Part shown: positions 1-9,254 of the stretch, piece after piece
Layout: each line of letters opens with the position of its first letter
Numbering within the stretch: the first letter of the stretch is position 1
IMG/VR virus record: IMGVR_UViG_3300035682_000039
Span: 1-60,291 of that record
Length of the DNA: 60,291 nucleotides
Direction: 5' to 3' (one strand)
From: a virus
Taxonomy: Duplodnaviria; Caudoviricetes
Made by a program: the position numbers and the translations under genes
The notes under the pieces: model-generated
Database searches by the model: none
What the model was told of the DNA's origin: nothing
What the model saw: the letters and a program-made list of their open reading frames with translations, nothing else

Positions 1-127
1 GGTAAACCAACATAAATACCATCTGTCGCTAAAATACCTTCGCCTGGAATCAGTGTATAAAAAGCCGTAGCAGAAGAACAGTCAAGCTCAACCAAAATAC
101 TTGCGTACATCGTTACATTTCCATTAG
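1..127. repeat. Terminal direct repeat, copy 1 (circular assembly overlap)
   Basis: Identical to 60165-60291; falls inside a gene; 127 nt is a common assembler k-mer size. Confidence 0.95.
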
Positions 128-449
128 TTGTTGCTGAAGCCACTGCAACTGTAAATGTGTTTGTGCCAACGGTAGCTACATCATACGGACCATCAGCAGC
201 AGACCCAGAGGTAAAGTTTAAATAAACCCTGTCCCCGACTGCTAACCCATGATTATTAATAGTCACAGTACAAACAGTGCTTCCTGGAACATCATAAGTC
301 CCAGACACACTGACGTTATTAGCAAAAATAGAATTAACTGTTGTAGACGCAGAAGGGGACATAAGAACCCCTTTTAAGCGAGTTCTATACCCCACCGCTA
401 CACCTGATGCGCTTGAGTGTGCTGACTTTACGTCATATTGCATTGCCAT
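1..449 (-). CDS. Virion protein spanning the contig junction (continues 60164..60131; 160 aa), paralog of 59641..60126
   Basis: Hand translation MAMQYDVKSAHSSASG...TVTINNHGLAVGDRV...IPGEGILATDGIYVGLPASVTTTLFYG*; GAGGA upstream; missing from ORF track because of the wrap. Confidence 0.85.
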   Translation of the reverse strand, partial: MAMQYDVKSAHSSASGVAVGYRTRLKGVLMSPSASTTVNSIFANNVSVSGTYDVPGSTVCTVTINNHGLAVGDRVYLNFTSGSAADGPYDVATVGTNTFTVAVASATTNGNVTMYASILVELDCSSATAFYTLIPGEGILATDGIYVGL

Positions 450-451
450 AA

Positions 452-616
452 TTAATCCTCTTTATGTTCTGCTAGTGGGCGGTCTAATTCGGTTAACAAC
501 ACGTCCACCATTGCAATTGCTCCGTTAGCCTGTTGAATAAGATCTGAGTACTTTTGCCGTTGCTCAAGTGCCTGATTTCTTAAATCCAACAGGTATTCTT
601 TATCTAGCACAGCCAT
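452..616 (-). CDS. Small hypothetical protein (54 aa)
   Basis: MAVLDKEYLLDLRNQALEQRQKY...HKED*; TAATG overlap with upstream gene. Confidence 0.7.
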   Translation of the reverse strand: MAVLDKEYLLDLRNQALEQRQKYSDLIQQANGAIAMVDVLLTELDRPLAEHKED

Positions 617-1176
617 TAGGTGATCTGAGTAGCGTAAAGGGGCAAGAAGAAATTGGTATTACCAACCCTAACCTTAATAGTAGCTCCTGCAGTTCCAAGC
701 GTTGTACCAGTTTGGAAAATGTGTCCAGAACCTGCTGTTACACCCTGAAGATTAAAGAACACGGCATTATCGTCAACTGCAGCTACGTTAGCGCCTTGGG
801 TTGATGCGTGGATAAAGCTCGTAAGGGTTCCAGTTGATGCACTTGCTGGAGCATTAAGTTCAATTTCAATAGGAGCATAAGTACCTGAAGAAGTGCCAGC
901 CGATAGGGTTAACTCAGCAACAAAAGCTGAACCTAGACCAGTCGTGCGACCTGTAGCACCATAGGTAACTTGAGCTTTTAGGGCGTTAGAAAACGAACCC
1001 AAAGCTACGTTGGTATCCATCTCAAACAAAGTACGTCCACCCGTGCCGCCAACACCCGTCATTGTGACAGAAGTAGTACTAGCATTGAATGTCGATGAAC
1101 CTGTTGAGGTATTTGTAATATCAGTGATAAAGCCGTTGTCGGATGCCACTGGACCCGAAAAGGTAGTACGTGCCAT
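616..1176 (-). CDS. Putative virion structural protein
   Basis: MARTTFSGPV start, Thr/Ser/Gly-rich, directly after capsid gene, GGAG RBS. Confidence 0.65.
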   Translation of the reverse strand: MARTTFSGPVASDNGFITDITNTSTGSSTFNASTTSVTMTGVGGTGGRTLFEMDTNVALGSFSNALKAQVTYGATGRTTGLGSAFVAELTLSAGTSSGTYAPIEIELNAPASASTGTLTSFIHASTQGANVAAVDDNAVFFNLQGVTAGSGHIFQTGTTLGTAGATIKVRVGNTNFFLPLYATQIT

Positions 1177-1183
1177 AATAATT

Positions 1184-1256
1184 CTCCATACAGAGTTAAG
1201 CTCATTAGTCTTGTATGCGTCTGCTGGGGCAGTCTAATAAGCTGGTTTACCCAGAT
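1184..1256 (-). ncRNA. Double-pseudoknot RNA downstream of the capsid gene, probably the Mu-gpT-DE RNA motif
   Basis: Three interleaved helices: CTGGG/CCCAG, AGCTTATTAG/CTAATGAGCT, CATACA/TGTATG. The motif name is assigned from position after a gpT-like gene, not from a search. Confidence 0.65.
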
Positions 1257-1281
1257 ATTTAAATCTTACTACAAATAAAAC

Positions 1282-1310
1282 AAAAAGGGGAGTTTTTGGC
1301 TCCCCTTTTT
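1282..1310. terminator. Intrinsic terminator after capsid gene (bidirectional type)
   Basis: AAAAAGGGGAG-TTTTTGG-CTCCCCTTTTT. Confidence 0.85.
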
Positions 1311-1317
1311 AGCACAA

Positions 1318-2232
1318 TTAAGCGCCTTGTGAACCCCACATACCGAGGGGATCAGACCAGCCAAAGCTGTAACGCTCACGAGACTTGTAACGTACGTTAC
1401 CAGTATCGAAGTCACCGTCCATGCTGTTGCTCAAAGGAGTACGAATGAAATGCTTCATACCGTTTGGAACATCAGTACAGAGGAAGTAAGCATTTGGGTC
1501 GGTCAGGTAGTTATTTACTGAATAACCATCTGGGATCGAACCATTGTTTACGATAGCGTTAATGTCGTTGTCTGCGGTAGCAACACGAAGCTGGGTCTCT
1601 AAGAGACGGGTAGCAACGAACTGCAATGCAGGTGGAACGATTAACTTCTTAGGTTTAGCAGCGATTAACAAACTACGCTCATCTGTCCAAGCAGCGATCT
1701 GAATAACGGCAGCTTCCAAGGAAGTTTCGTTCAAATCAGCAGGGGTAGATTGAGTGTTGCTGTTTACACCACCAGAAACCAAAGGATGCTGGGTAGAGAA
1801 CAAAGGTACACCGTCACCACCGTAATAAACGGCAGAGTTAGTGAAACCGTTATTCAACACAGCAGCGGCTTTAACCTGTTTGGTATAAGCCATAGCACGA
1901 GCCAAAGCCTTGGTATAACGAGCTGATAGGCTGTCATACAAGTTGTCCTCGATTGCCTCTTCCGTTAGGGAGAAGCCAAGGGCGATGGTTTCGTGGTTAT
2001 AACGTGCTGTGAATGCCTCTTGTGCATTGTCATAAGCGATGGCAGAGCCTTCGTTTTTGACTGGTGCAGCAGAGAAGCCAGACAGTTTAGTTTCTTCTTC
2101 GAACGAACGCTCAGAGGTCTCAGTATCGTAGATCTCTTTGTGTTGTTCGCCATATGTTGCATACTCAAGACCAAACAATGCGTTCAATCCAGGGAGCAAC
2201 TCTTTCAGTAGTTGTGCGCGTGAAATAGCCAT
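1318..2232 (-). CDS. Major capsid protein (Mu gpT-like)
   Basis: MAISRAQLLKELLPGLNALFGLEY, GDGVPLFSTQHP, PKKLIVPPAL, RERYSFGWSDP; 304 aa; followed by strong terminator. Confidence 0.9.
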   Translation of the reverse strand: MAISRAQLLKELLPGLNALFGLEYATYGEQHKEIYDTETSERSFEEETKLSGFSAAPVKNEGSAIAYDNAQEAFTARYNHETIALGFSLTEEAIEDNLYDSLSARYTKALARAMAYTKQVKAAAVLNNGFTNSAVYYGGDGVPLFSTQHPLVSGGVNSNTQSTPADLNETSLEAAVIQIAAWTDERSLLIAAKPKKLIVPPALQFVATRLLETQLRVATADNDINAIVNNGSIPDGYSVNNYLTDPNAYFLCTDVPNGMKHFIRTPLSNSMDGDFDTGNVRYKSRERYSFGWSDPLGMWGSQGA

Positions 2233-2243
2233 TTAATTGCTCC

Positions 2244-2858
2244 TTAAGCTGCAGTTGCGACAGGTGTTGCACTGTAATAGGTATGTACGCCAAAGTTGAA
2301 TTTAACGATTACCTCAGTGAAAGATCCAAGCGCATTAACAGTCTCTGGTACACCCGCAATAATACGGAATGGAAGAGTGGTTGTTGACGAGCTGGTACTG
2401 TTTAAAACGCCTTCGTTTGAATCGCCAGAAGTTGTAGAACCAACGGTTGTCAAGATTGATACGTTGTTGCCAACGTCAGTCTGAGTTAAACCACCAATGG
2501 TGGTTGAGGTTGCTAATACTGCTACTTTGAAAAGTCCATCTGGATCGTCAGCTACAAACGCAGTAATATCCGAAGCGGTAATAGCGCCTGGATAGAATTG
2601 CTGTTGTAGCAACTGTTTGGTAGTTGGGTTTGTGAACTGACAACCCATAAAAATACCAACGGCATCGGTTGCGGTAGCTGTGGTTGAAACACGGCTCAAA
2701 GCACCATCAGTATTCAGACGTACAACATCACCAAAGAAAATGGCGGTTGTAGAACCTGAAATGATGGGAATTGAACGAGTTTGACCAGCAAATACCTGAC
2801 CACCGATCAAATTGATCGGTCTGAACCCATAAGGTCCGTCTACGGTAGGATAAGCCAT
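2244..2858 (-). CDS. Putative capsid decoration/minor head protein
   Basis: PYGFRP...IFFGDVV...GIFMGC...DDPD; immediately upstream of capsid gene. Confidence 0.6.
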   Translation of the reverse strand: MAYPTVDGPYGFRPINLIGGQVFAGQTRSIPIISGSTTAIFFGDVVRLNTDGALSRVSTTATATDAVGIFMGCQFTNPTTKQLLQQQFYPGAITASDITAFVADDPDGLFKVAVLATSTTIGGLTQTDVGNNVSILTTVGSTTSGDSNEGVLNSTSSSTTTLPFRIIAGVPETVNALGSFTEVIVKFNFGVHTYYSATPVATAA

Positions 2859-2877
2859 TTAAAACTCCTAATTAAGT

Positions 2878-3324
2878 TTAGTTACCTTTACCAAAAGTCA
2901 CCGTAGATTTCTTCTCATTAAAGAGAGGCATCCTTGGGTCATTCTGGCGCATTAAATTATTGTCTACAGCATCCATCTGACTTTCGGCTTGAATTCGGTA
3001 ATGTTTATTACGTTGTTCAACGAACTCTTCTGGAGTTTTGCAAAGCAATAACCCGCCAATCTCAATGTTGTCCTTAAAACGACTATTGGGATCAACTAGC
3101 AGTTGGAATTTGGGTTGTTCTTCAAGTGCCACAGGCTCCCAACCTTCTCTTAGTTTCCCAGAGAGATTGCGGGGATCCGCCTGATTTAGCGTTGAAGTAC
3201 GAATCCAACGATACTTATACCCAGCCTGTTTGTCGGGTTCAGGCAGCAATTCCGCTGGCGCCCACTGCTGAGGACGTTCACTTGTTGCACGGGTTTCTGA
3301 TTCTCTATCTAATTTCTTAGTCAT
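2878..3324 (-). CDS. Conserved head-module hypothetical protein
   Basis: GYKYRWIR...LREGWEPV...IGGLLLCKTP; lies between scaffold and capsid genes. Confidence 0.6.
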   Translation of the reverse strand: MTKKLDRESETRATSERPQQWAPAELLPEPDKQAGYKYRWIRTSTLNQADPRNLSGKLREGWEPVALEEQPKFQLLVDPNSRFKDNIEIGGLLLCKTPEEFVEQRNKHYRIQAESQMDAVDNNLMRQNDPRMPLFNEKKSTVTFGKGN

Positions 3325-3325
3325 T

Positions 3326-4249
3326 TTAATTCTCCATTTTTAAAAGTTCACGGGCGTATTGCTCATTTGTAAGTCCCAACTTCTTAGCGATATTTTGCTG
3401 CGAAGTAGTCAGCTTTATCTTTTTCGAAGATGTGCTGCGACTTGCTGGAGCGACTACAGTACTCGGTTTCGAACGAGGTTTTTCGTCTTCTACGTCCTCG
3501 AAATTTTCGGGGAATCGTTTACGTATTGTTTCGTCAATACGTTTGTAATACTCGTCAGTCGTGGCGTAAGCCATCCCATTTTCCTTGACTAGCTTTTCGT
3601 GCAAACCAAGGGCGAGACTCGTCATCTCATCATCTTGACCAAACCAAGAGTTTCGCTCTTGCCAAGCCGAAGCTTTTTGGTCACGAACAGGTTTTTCAGA
3701 CTGTTGCGGTATTTTTACATCATTTTCCTCTTCTTGTAAAGAGGCCCGATGATTAATATTTTCAGCGTAGTTAGAAGCTTTTTCCATCTTCATCTTAGCG
3801 GACGTCATTTTTTCTTGAGCGTCCACTAGTTTATCGGCATCACCCGACTCATACGCATCCTTATATTCCCGCTTTGCCATATCTAATTCACGCTCTGCGG
3901 AAGTCTTAAAGGAATCAACGGCTACCTTTTCGCTGTTATTGACTTTACCTTTGAGAGCTTTGTTTTCCTCATAAAGCTTTTGGGCAATGGAAATGGCTTC
4001 TTTCTGCTCTCGCAAAGCCTGTTCTTTTTCCCGTCTTTCATCATGGTAAATCTTTTTAAAACCAGCGATTTTCTGCTTTACATCGTCTGAATATTCTTCT
4101 AATTCGTCTTTTTCGAGACTTTCGACATACTCAGGTTGAGATTTGGTCTTACCTTTATCTTCTGGTGGGGTGTCGTCTTCCACCTCGATATCGATCTTTT
4201 CCTCATCTGGAAAGGTGTATTTTTCCATTTCTTGTTTATTTTCAGACAT
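3326..4249 (-). CDS. Scaffolding protein
   Basis: Acidic coiled coil; C-terminal LTTSQQNIAKKLGLTNEQYA; position. Confidence 0.7.
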   Translation of the reverse strand: MSENKQEMEKYTFPDEEKIDIEVEDDTPPEDKGKTKSQPEYVESLEKDELEEYSDDVKQKIAGFKKIYHDERREKEQALREQKEAISIAQKLYEENKALKGKVNNSEKVAVDSFKTSAERELDMAKREYKDAYESGDADKLVDAQEKMTSAKMKMEKASNYAENINHRASLQEEENDVKIPQQSEKPVRDQKASAWQERNSWFGQDDEMTSLALGLHEKLVKENGMAYATTDEYYKRIDETIRKRFPENFEDVEDEKPRSKPSTVVAPASRSTSSKKIKLTTSQQNIAKKLGLTNEQYARELLKMEN

Positions 4250-4258
4250 TTATGGCTC

Positions 4259-4669
4259 CTATTTACGTTTAATACCACGGGGGTCGTCTACTATGCCTTC
4301 TACAGAATCATCGTTGATAATGCGGAATTCACGCCCATGGATTACCAAACGAGTTCCAGCATTGGGGCGTACAAGGACAAAGTCTCCTTTTTTACACCAT
4401 GCTCCGCTGGGAAAACGGTCTTTGTCTTTATAGCAATCAGGCCCTAAATCAACTACAAATAGGACTGTTGTTAAAAGTTCATCAAATCGGACAGCTTCGT
4501 CTGTCTTTATGATGCCGCCTTCGTACTCCCGCTCCACGTCTGGTATGGCACATAAAATGCGATATCCAGATGGTTTAGGTAGTTGTTTTGCCTTCTGTTC
4601 GTCCGTCTCAGGCAATACGGTCACATCATTTACATCATCGGTGGTCGATCCGATTAGTAATTCAGTCAT
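4259..4669 (-). CDS. groES: GroES-like co-chaperonin
   Basis: PSGYRIL, GGII mobile loop, GDFVLV, FRIINDDSVEGIV. Confidence 0.85.
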   Translation of the reverse strand: MTELLIGSTTDDVNDVTVLPETDEQKAKQLPKPSGYRILCAIPDVEREYEGGIIKTDEAVRFDELLTTVLFVVDLGPDCYKDKDRFPSGAWCKKGDFVLVRPNAGTRLVIHGREFRIINDDSVEGIVDDPRGIKRK

Positions 4670-4847
4670 TCAATCTCTCCATTTTGTCTTTGAGGTCTAA
4701 TATGTAACCCTTTGCAATGAGCAGACCTCTAATCTCTCCGCAAACTCGTTGATACTGTATGTGATCCATATTGCCAACCACCACAGCATTCTTTAATTGG
4801 TCAGTTTTTTCGTCTATCTGACCCATTAAAACGTCTATTTCTGTCAT
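4662..4847 (-). CDS. Small conserved hypothetical protein
   Basis: YQRVCGEIRGL; overlaps both portal and groES. Confidence 0.7.
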   Translation of the reverse strand: MTEIDVLMGQIDEKTDQLKNAVVVGNMDHIQYQRVCGEIRGLLIAKGYILDLKDKMERLND

Positions 4848-7318
4848 TGTTTACCTTTCATCATTTGAGCTAAGACTTGGGCTTTTTGAACATTTGTCTG
4901 GTCTTTCTTATGAGCCATGTCGATGCCCATCTTCGTACCTTCGATCTGTTCTTTTCTATTCATCTCGTCTTTTTCTTTGGCGATCTTGGCTCCCAACTTC
5001 GTGCCTTCTAATTCGCCTTGGATTTCAACTCGCTCACGGTCAATGTCCAACTGCTCTTGTCGTAGAGTGGCGTCCATTTGATCCTTCTGTATCTTGCGTT
5101 GAACTTCCTGCTGCTTAATTTGAAGCTCTTGCATCTGCATTTGGATGATCGGATCTTGCATTTGTTGTTGAGCCTGCTGTTGAGCTGCTTGAGCTTGATT
5201 TTGTTGAAGAAGCTGAGTGGAGGCTTGAGCCACCAGACGGGAGATCTGGACTTCGTACTCTTCAGGGATTGTGTCTTCCTCATCCTTAAGATAAGGTAAT
5301 GGCGCACCCAACTGTTGCTCAATCATCTGGCGGTACTTAAATCCGAAGTGTTCAGCAATGTGAGCCTGTAACCCAGCCGTGATTTGATTTGCCATAGGAT
5401 TTTGCCCGATAACAGCCGCGGTGGTTGGATCCTGTAGGAAGTTCGTATGAGCCATGATATGGGCGTCTTGATCTTGGTAGATAAAGGCTTTTAAGGGCTT
5501 GCCCATCAATACGTCCATGTTTTCCGAAATAGGATCTTTCGGCTTTTGGTCATCCTGAAGCGGGATAAGTTTTTGCGGGTTGCGGATCCCCAAGACATCA
5601 AGCATCTGCCTGTGTAGTTGGGGTAGATTATAAATCTGTGGCGCACCTTGGGCCAGCTGGAGAACTGCTTGGTACTGTACGATCTTTTGCGCCATCGTTG
5701 CTGCATTAGGGTCGCTGACAGGAATGACTGTGACCAAGTCATAGTCCGACTGTTTCGCACGAGGGCTGCCTTCTTCAGGTTCATAGTTGTAGTCAGGTGG
5801 TGTGTAATCTCGAATAATCTCTTTTAAGAGTTTTAATTCCTGTTTCATTGAGTAATGAATACGGGACTGCACCGCAGACATGACTTTAAGGGTTCTCTCC
5901 AGAATTGCTAAAGTCGTGCCGACAGGGGCGTTGGCTGACATATCCGCAATCTTCATATCGCCTGCGGAGGCAAATCTTCGTCCTTCTTCTACGATTGTGC
6001 CTAACAAGGAATACAAGACTTGGCTGGGTTCCTTGTAAGGAAGCGTCATTAAGTTGTCTTTAATGGCTCCCGAAGGGACATCTACGTCTCTAAACTCACC
6101 TGGCGAGATGGGGGTGTCGTCTCCTTTAACTCGCAAACCTCGGGTTTTAAAGCCACCTGGCAGATTCGATAATGTGCCTGCGTCCACAAGTTGTCTGATA
6201 AGAGAAGTACCAGACTTAGCAAAAGCACCGACAAGGTGAATAAGGCCAAAGCAGTAAAAACCAAAGCCTGGAACGTATCCATAATGGACGAAATGGTTTC
6301 TTTTTTGATGAGTGTCATCTTCTGGTCTCCAATTTCTACGGATAGACAGAATAGTCTGCGTACCCTTTTCAATCGTTACGACATACGGAAGAGCGATGCC
6401 TGTCTTTTCTCCGTCTTCTTCATCTTCGTATCCCGGAAGGTCTAGGTCTACGTGCATTTCTAAAAGCTTGTAGCGGTCATCCGAAGTCGCCCGAAAACCC
6501 ATCTTTTCGGCAATTTTTTTCTCGACTTCGTCTAAAGCTCCACTAGGTTCTTGAAGTTCTACATCCCTGTAAAAACCTGCAAACTGAAGTCTCTTGACTT
6601 CATTCTCAGTCTTTCGCATGACGTGGGTTACACGGGGAGACTGCTCTAGACTAGAAGCTCCGTAAGGAACAACGATGTCTTCCGCAGGGATAAACATCGA
6701 CACTTGGCGGTCTAAGGCGGGGTCAAAGTAGACTTTCTTAAAGGCGTTACCTGAGAGTCCCAATCCCCAAATCATTCTTTCATGCTCAGGGCGGTACTCC
6801 GTCATCACGTCTGTCAGTTGATAATTCATATCATCCTGAACACGTTGCGCTGCGTCTTTCTTTTCTTGAGTTTCTTTACCGATAATTAAAGTCTTTACCG
6901 GCCCAGCGGCAGGGAAAGTCTCCATAATAGTCTCGGCTTGGAACTTGACGAGTGCTTCGGAGAGGAGGGGGTGATAGACACCACAGGCTCCTTCCCAAGG
7001 TTCGGTTCGTTCCTCAATCTTCATTCCGAGAAGTTCTAGTCCGTCTACATAGGTCTGGATCCAGTCTTTACGGGCAGAGATGTCATCTTCAAAGTCTCCC
7101 AATAAATCCCCGGCGATTTCGGTCATATCCCCTTCGGACATATATTCCGCAAGGTTAGCGTCAAAGTCTTCGTCTGAAGGCTCGGCAGGTTCTATCTCAA
7201 TCTCCATACCGTCAATCCCAATCTTGACTGACTCTGGATCTTCGATCTCAATCTCGATATCTGGAGCCGCTATCGACTCAATCCCTACGGGTGCTTGGTA
7301 TAGACTTTTTTCAATCAT
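4844..7318 (-). CDS. Portal protein
   Basis: 824 aa after terL; GNAFKKVYFD, PGFGFYCFGLIH, Gln-rich C-terminal coiled coil. Confidence 0.88.
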   Translation of the reverse strand: MIEKSLYQAPVGIESIAAPDIEIEIEDPESVKIGIDGMEIEIEPAEPSDEDFDANLAEYMSEGDMTEIAGDLLGDFEDDISARKDWIQTYVDGLELLGMKIEERTEPWEGACGVYHPLLSEALVKFQAETIMETFPAAGPVKTLIIGKETQEKKDAAQRVQDDMNYQLTDVMTEYRPEHERMIWGLGLSGNAFKKVYFDPALDRQVSMFIPAEDIVVPYGASSLEQSPRVTHVMRKTENEVKRLQFAGFYRDVELQEPSGALDEVEKKIAEKMGFRATSDDRYKLLEMHVDLDLPGYEDEEDGEKTGIALPYVVTIEKGTQTILSIRRNWRPEDDTHQKRNHFVHYGYVPGFGFYCFGLIHLVGAFAKSGTSLIRQLVDAGTLSNLPGGFKTRGLRVKGDDTPISPGEFRDVDVPSGAIKDNLMTLPYKEPSQVLYSLLGTIVEEGRRFASAGDMKIADMSANAPVGTTLAILERTLKVMSAVQSRIHYSMKQELKLLKEIIRDYTPPDYNYEPEEGSPRAKQSDYDLVTVIPVSDPNAATMAQKIVQYQAVLQLAQGAPQIYNLPQLHRQMLDVLGIRNPQKLIPLQDDQKPKDPISENMDVLMGKPLKAFIYQDQDAHIMAHTNFLQDPTTAAVIGQNPMANQITAGLQAHIAEHFGFKYRQMIEQQLGAPLPYLKDEEDTIPEEYEVQISRLVAQASTQLLQQNQAQAAQQQAQQQMQDPIIQMQMQELQIKQQEVQRKIQKDQMDATLRQEQLDIDRERVEIQGELEGTKLGAKIAKEKDEMNRKEQIEGTKMGIDMAHKKDQTNVQKAQVLAQMMKGKQ

Positions 7319-7326
7319 GATGGTTC

Positions 7327-8823
7327 CTAGTAGTAAGCTGCTTTGCGTCTAAAGTGAATGGGTTCATCGGGTTCATCGCTGGGTAAACTAACAAATCCAC
7401 CTTTTCTGTATCTAATTAATGCTTGGGTTGAAGAGTCCACCAAGTCATCGTGTTCTGAATTTGGAAAGGCAGCCATCTCTTCGATGACTTCTTCAGCCCA
7501 CCTACGTGGTGGCGCCCAGACCTTCCCAGAAGAGAATAAGTCTGTCACCGAATTCATACGAGCTATCTTATCATTACCCCTTGTCGGAGTAAACTCTGAG
7601 ACTGGAATTCCCATTCTCCTTAATTCAAAAATTAACGGACTCCCAGCGGCTTTTGCTTCGACTACGAAAGCGTCTGGCTCCCACTCCTTATACATCTCTA
7701 ACGCTTTTGCCTTTAGTTCAGGGAATTCTAACCGTTGTTTCAAAGCGTCTAAGAGAATAATGTTTGGATCGTCTTGGTTTTCATTTAAATAAAAGACTCC
7801 CCAAGTCGTACAGGCGGAATAGTCCGACCGCTCGTTCTTTGTAAAGGCGGTATCCCAAGACTGAATAATAAATTCACACCGAGGTGGGTCTTCTTTCTCC
7901 CAAATCTTCCACCATTCCCGTTTGACCATCGCCCCCGCTTCGGAGGTCGGGGACTGCATATACTGGGCGTTCCACTTCGATACAGGAAGTTCAGTCTTTA
8001 GGGCGAGTAATTCATTAATCGGCCAGAACTCAGGCCAGAGAGAATTTCCCGAAGGCAGGATCGCAGGGAACTCAATAATCTCCCACTCTTCGCCCTCTCT
8101 TTCAATCGAGCTTTTAAGGATCTTCCCCACTAAGTCTCGCTTAGACCACCGAGTCATAATGACTACGATGGCTCCTCCGGGCTGGAGACGTTGTCTTGGA
8201 CCCGAGGAGTACCACTCAAAGACTTTATCGTAGACTTCGGGGTTAGTCGCCGCAATCGCAGCCTCTTGTTCTGAGTGTGGGTCGTCAATTATTAAGAGAT
8301 CGGCTCCTTTACCTGTCACCGTACCCCCTACCCCAATCGCAAAGTACTCTCCATTGGCATTAGTCGACCACCGTCCCGCGGCTTTCGAGTCTGACCTCAG
8401 AGTCACGTCAGGGAATATCCGTGCATATTGCTCAGAACCCACCAGATTTCGCACTTTTCGACCAAATCCGACCGCTAATTCAGCAGTATTGGAGGTCTGG
8501 ATAATCTTTTTGTCCGGGTATTTACCCAAAAACCACGCAGGCAGGAGGTAAGAAGCAAACTCCGACTTCGTATGTCTAGGTGGCATATTGATAATCAGTC
8601 TTTTACACGTCCCATTGGCGATTTCTTCGAACTTTTTCGCCATAATCTTATGATGACGTCCGTCTATAAAGCCGGGCCACATCTCATGAGCGAACGTAAT
8701 GAAGTCATTTTGGGCAGTTTCCCGTGTCAAAGAGCTTAAATACTCCTGAGCCACCTCTAAGAAGGCGTCCTGATCGATAGGGTCTAGCGACTCAATGATT
8801 TTTGCGAGATCCATATTTCCCAA
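7327..8823 (-). CDS. terL: Terminase large subunit
   Basis: MPPRHTKS Walker A, LLIIDDPH Walker B, SWDTA and HDDLVDS nuclease motifs. Confidence 0.95.
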   Translation of the reverse strand: MGNMDLAKIIESLDPIDQDAFLEVAQEYLSSLTRETAQNDFITFAHEMWPGFIDGRHHKIMAKKFEEIANGTCKRLIINMPPRHTKSEFASYLLPAWFLGKYPDKKIIQTSNTAELAVGFGRKVRNLVGSEQYARIFPDVTLRSDSKAAGRWSTNANGEYFAIGVGGTVTGKGADLLIIDDPHSEQEAAIAATNPEVYDKVFEWYSSGPRQRLQPGGAIVVIMTRWSKRDLVGKILKSSIEREGEEWEIIEFPAILPSGNSLWPEFWPINELLALKTELPVSKWNAQYMQSPTSEAGAMVKREWWKIWEKEDPPRCEFIIQSWDTAFTKNERSDYSACTTWGVFYLNENQDDPNIILLDALKQRLEFPELKAKALEMYKEWEPDAFVVEAKAAGSPLIFELRRMGIPVSEFTPTRGNDKIARMNSVTDLFSSGKVWAPPRRWAEEVIEEMAAFPNSEHDDLVDSSTQALIRYRKGGFVSLPSDEPDEPIHFRRKAAYY

Positions 8824-8868
8824 TATATTCTTTGATTAACATCCCAAGGGCGATTATCACGGCAAAAG

Positions 8869-9093
8869 TCATTCAATATCCCTCACTCTCATATAAGACG
8901 GGCGGATACTCCTAGCCTGTCTAGGGAGCATCTTGCAATGCCCTAATTGGCAGAGTACTTTATAAATTCGGTGGATATTGGACTTACCTTTATCGCCCGT
9001 GTGTTTCATGACATCTTCCATAGACGGTGCAAAGCCGTACATCTTCCACCACTCCTCAATAATCTTATACACAATCGCTTGTTTCTCAGTCAT
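8869..9093 (-). CDS. LexA-like winged-HTH DNA-binding protein (no peptidase domain)
   Basis: MTEKQ...GFAPSMEDV...L..LG....RQARSIR resembles the LexA N-terminal domain. Confidence 0.7.
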   Translation of the reverse strand: MTEKQAIVYKIIEEWWKMYGFAPSMEDVMKHTGDKGKSNIHRIYKVLCQLGHCKMLPRQARSIRPSYMRVRDIE

Positions 9094-9248
9094 CGTATAT
9101 AGGAAGGCTTCTCAGTCTTCTTCTCTAGAAAGGCTAACTTATCTAATAAGGGTTCTTTCATCTCTTTCTTAATCTTCTTCATAAGTCTCTCCCACTTGCG
9201 CCTGTTCCACTCAGTAGCCTCATTGTGTTTACCTGAAGTTAATTTCAT
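9090..9248 (-). CDS. Small basic hypothetical protein (52 aa)
   Basis: MKLTSGKHNEATEWNRRKWERLMKK...; ATGA overlap with next gene. Confidence 0.55.
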   Translation of the reverse strand: MKLTSGKHNEATEWNRRKWERLMKKIKKEMKEPLLDKLAFLEKKTEKPSYIR

Positions 9249-9254
9249 ACCCCC

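Noticed and set aside
1-127. Biological terminal repeat
   Set aside because: It lies mid-gene and its length matches a common assembler k-mer, so it is most likely a circularisation overlap.
8869-9093. Lysogeny repressor / temperate lifestyle
   Set aside because: It has only a DNA-binding domain, and I saw no integrase, att site or ParA, so lifestyle cannot be called.
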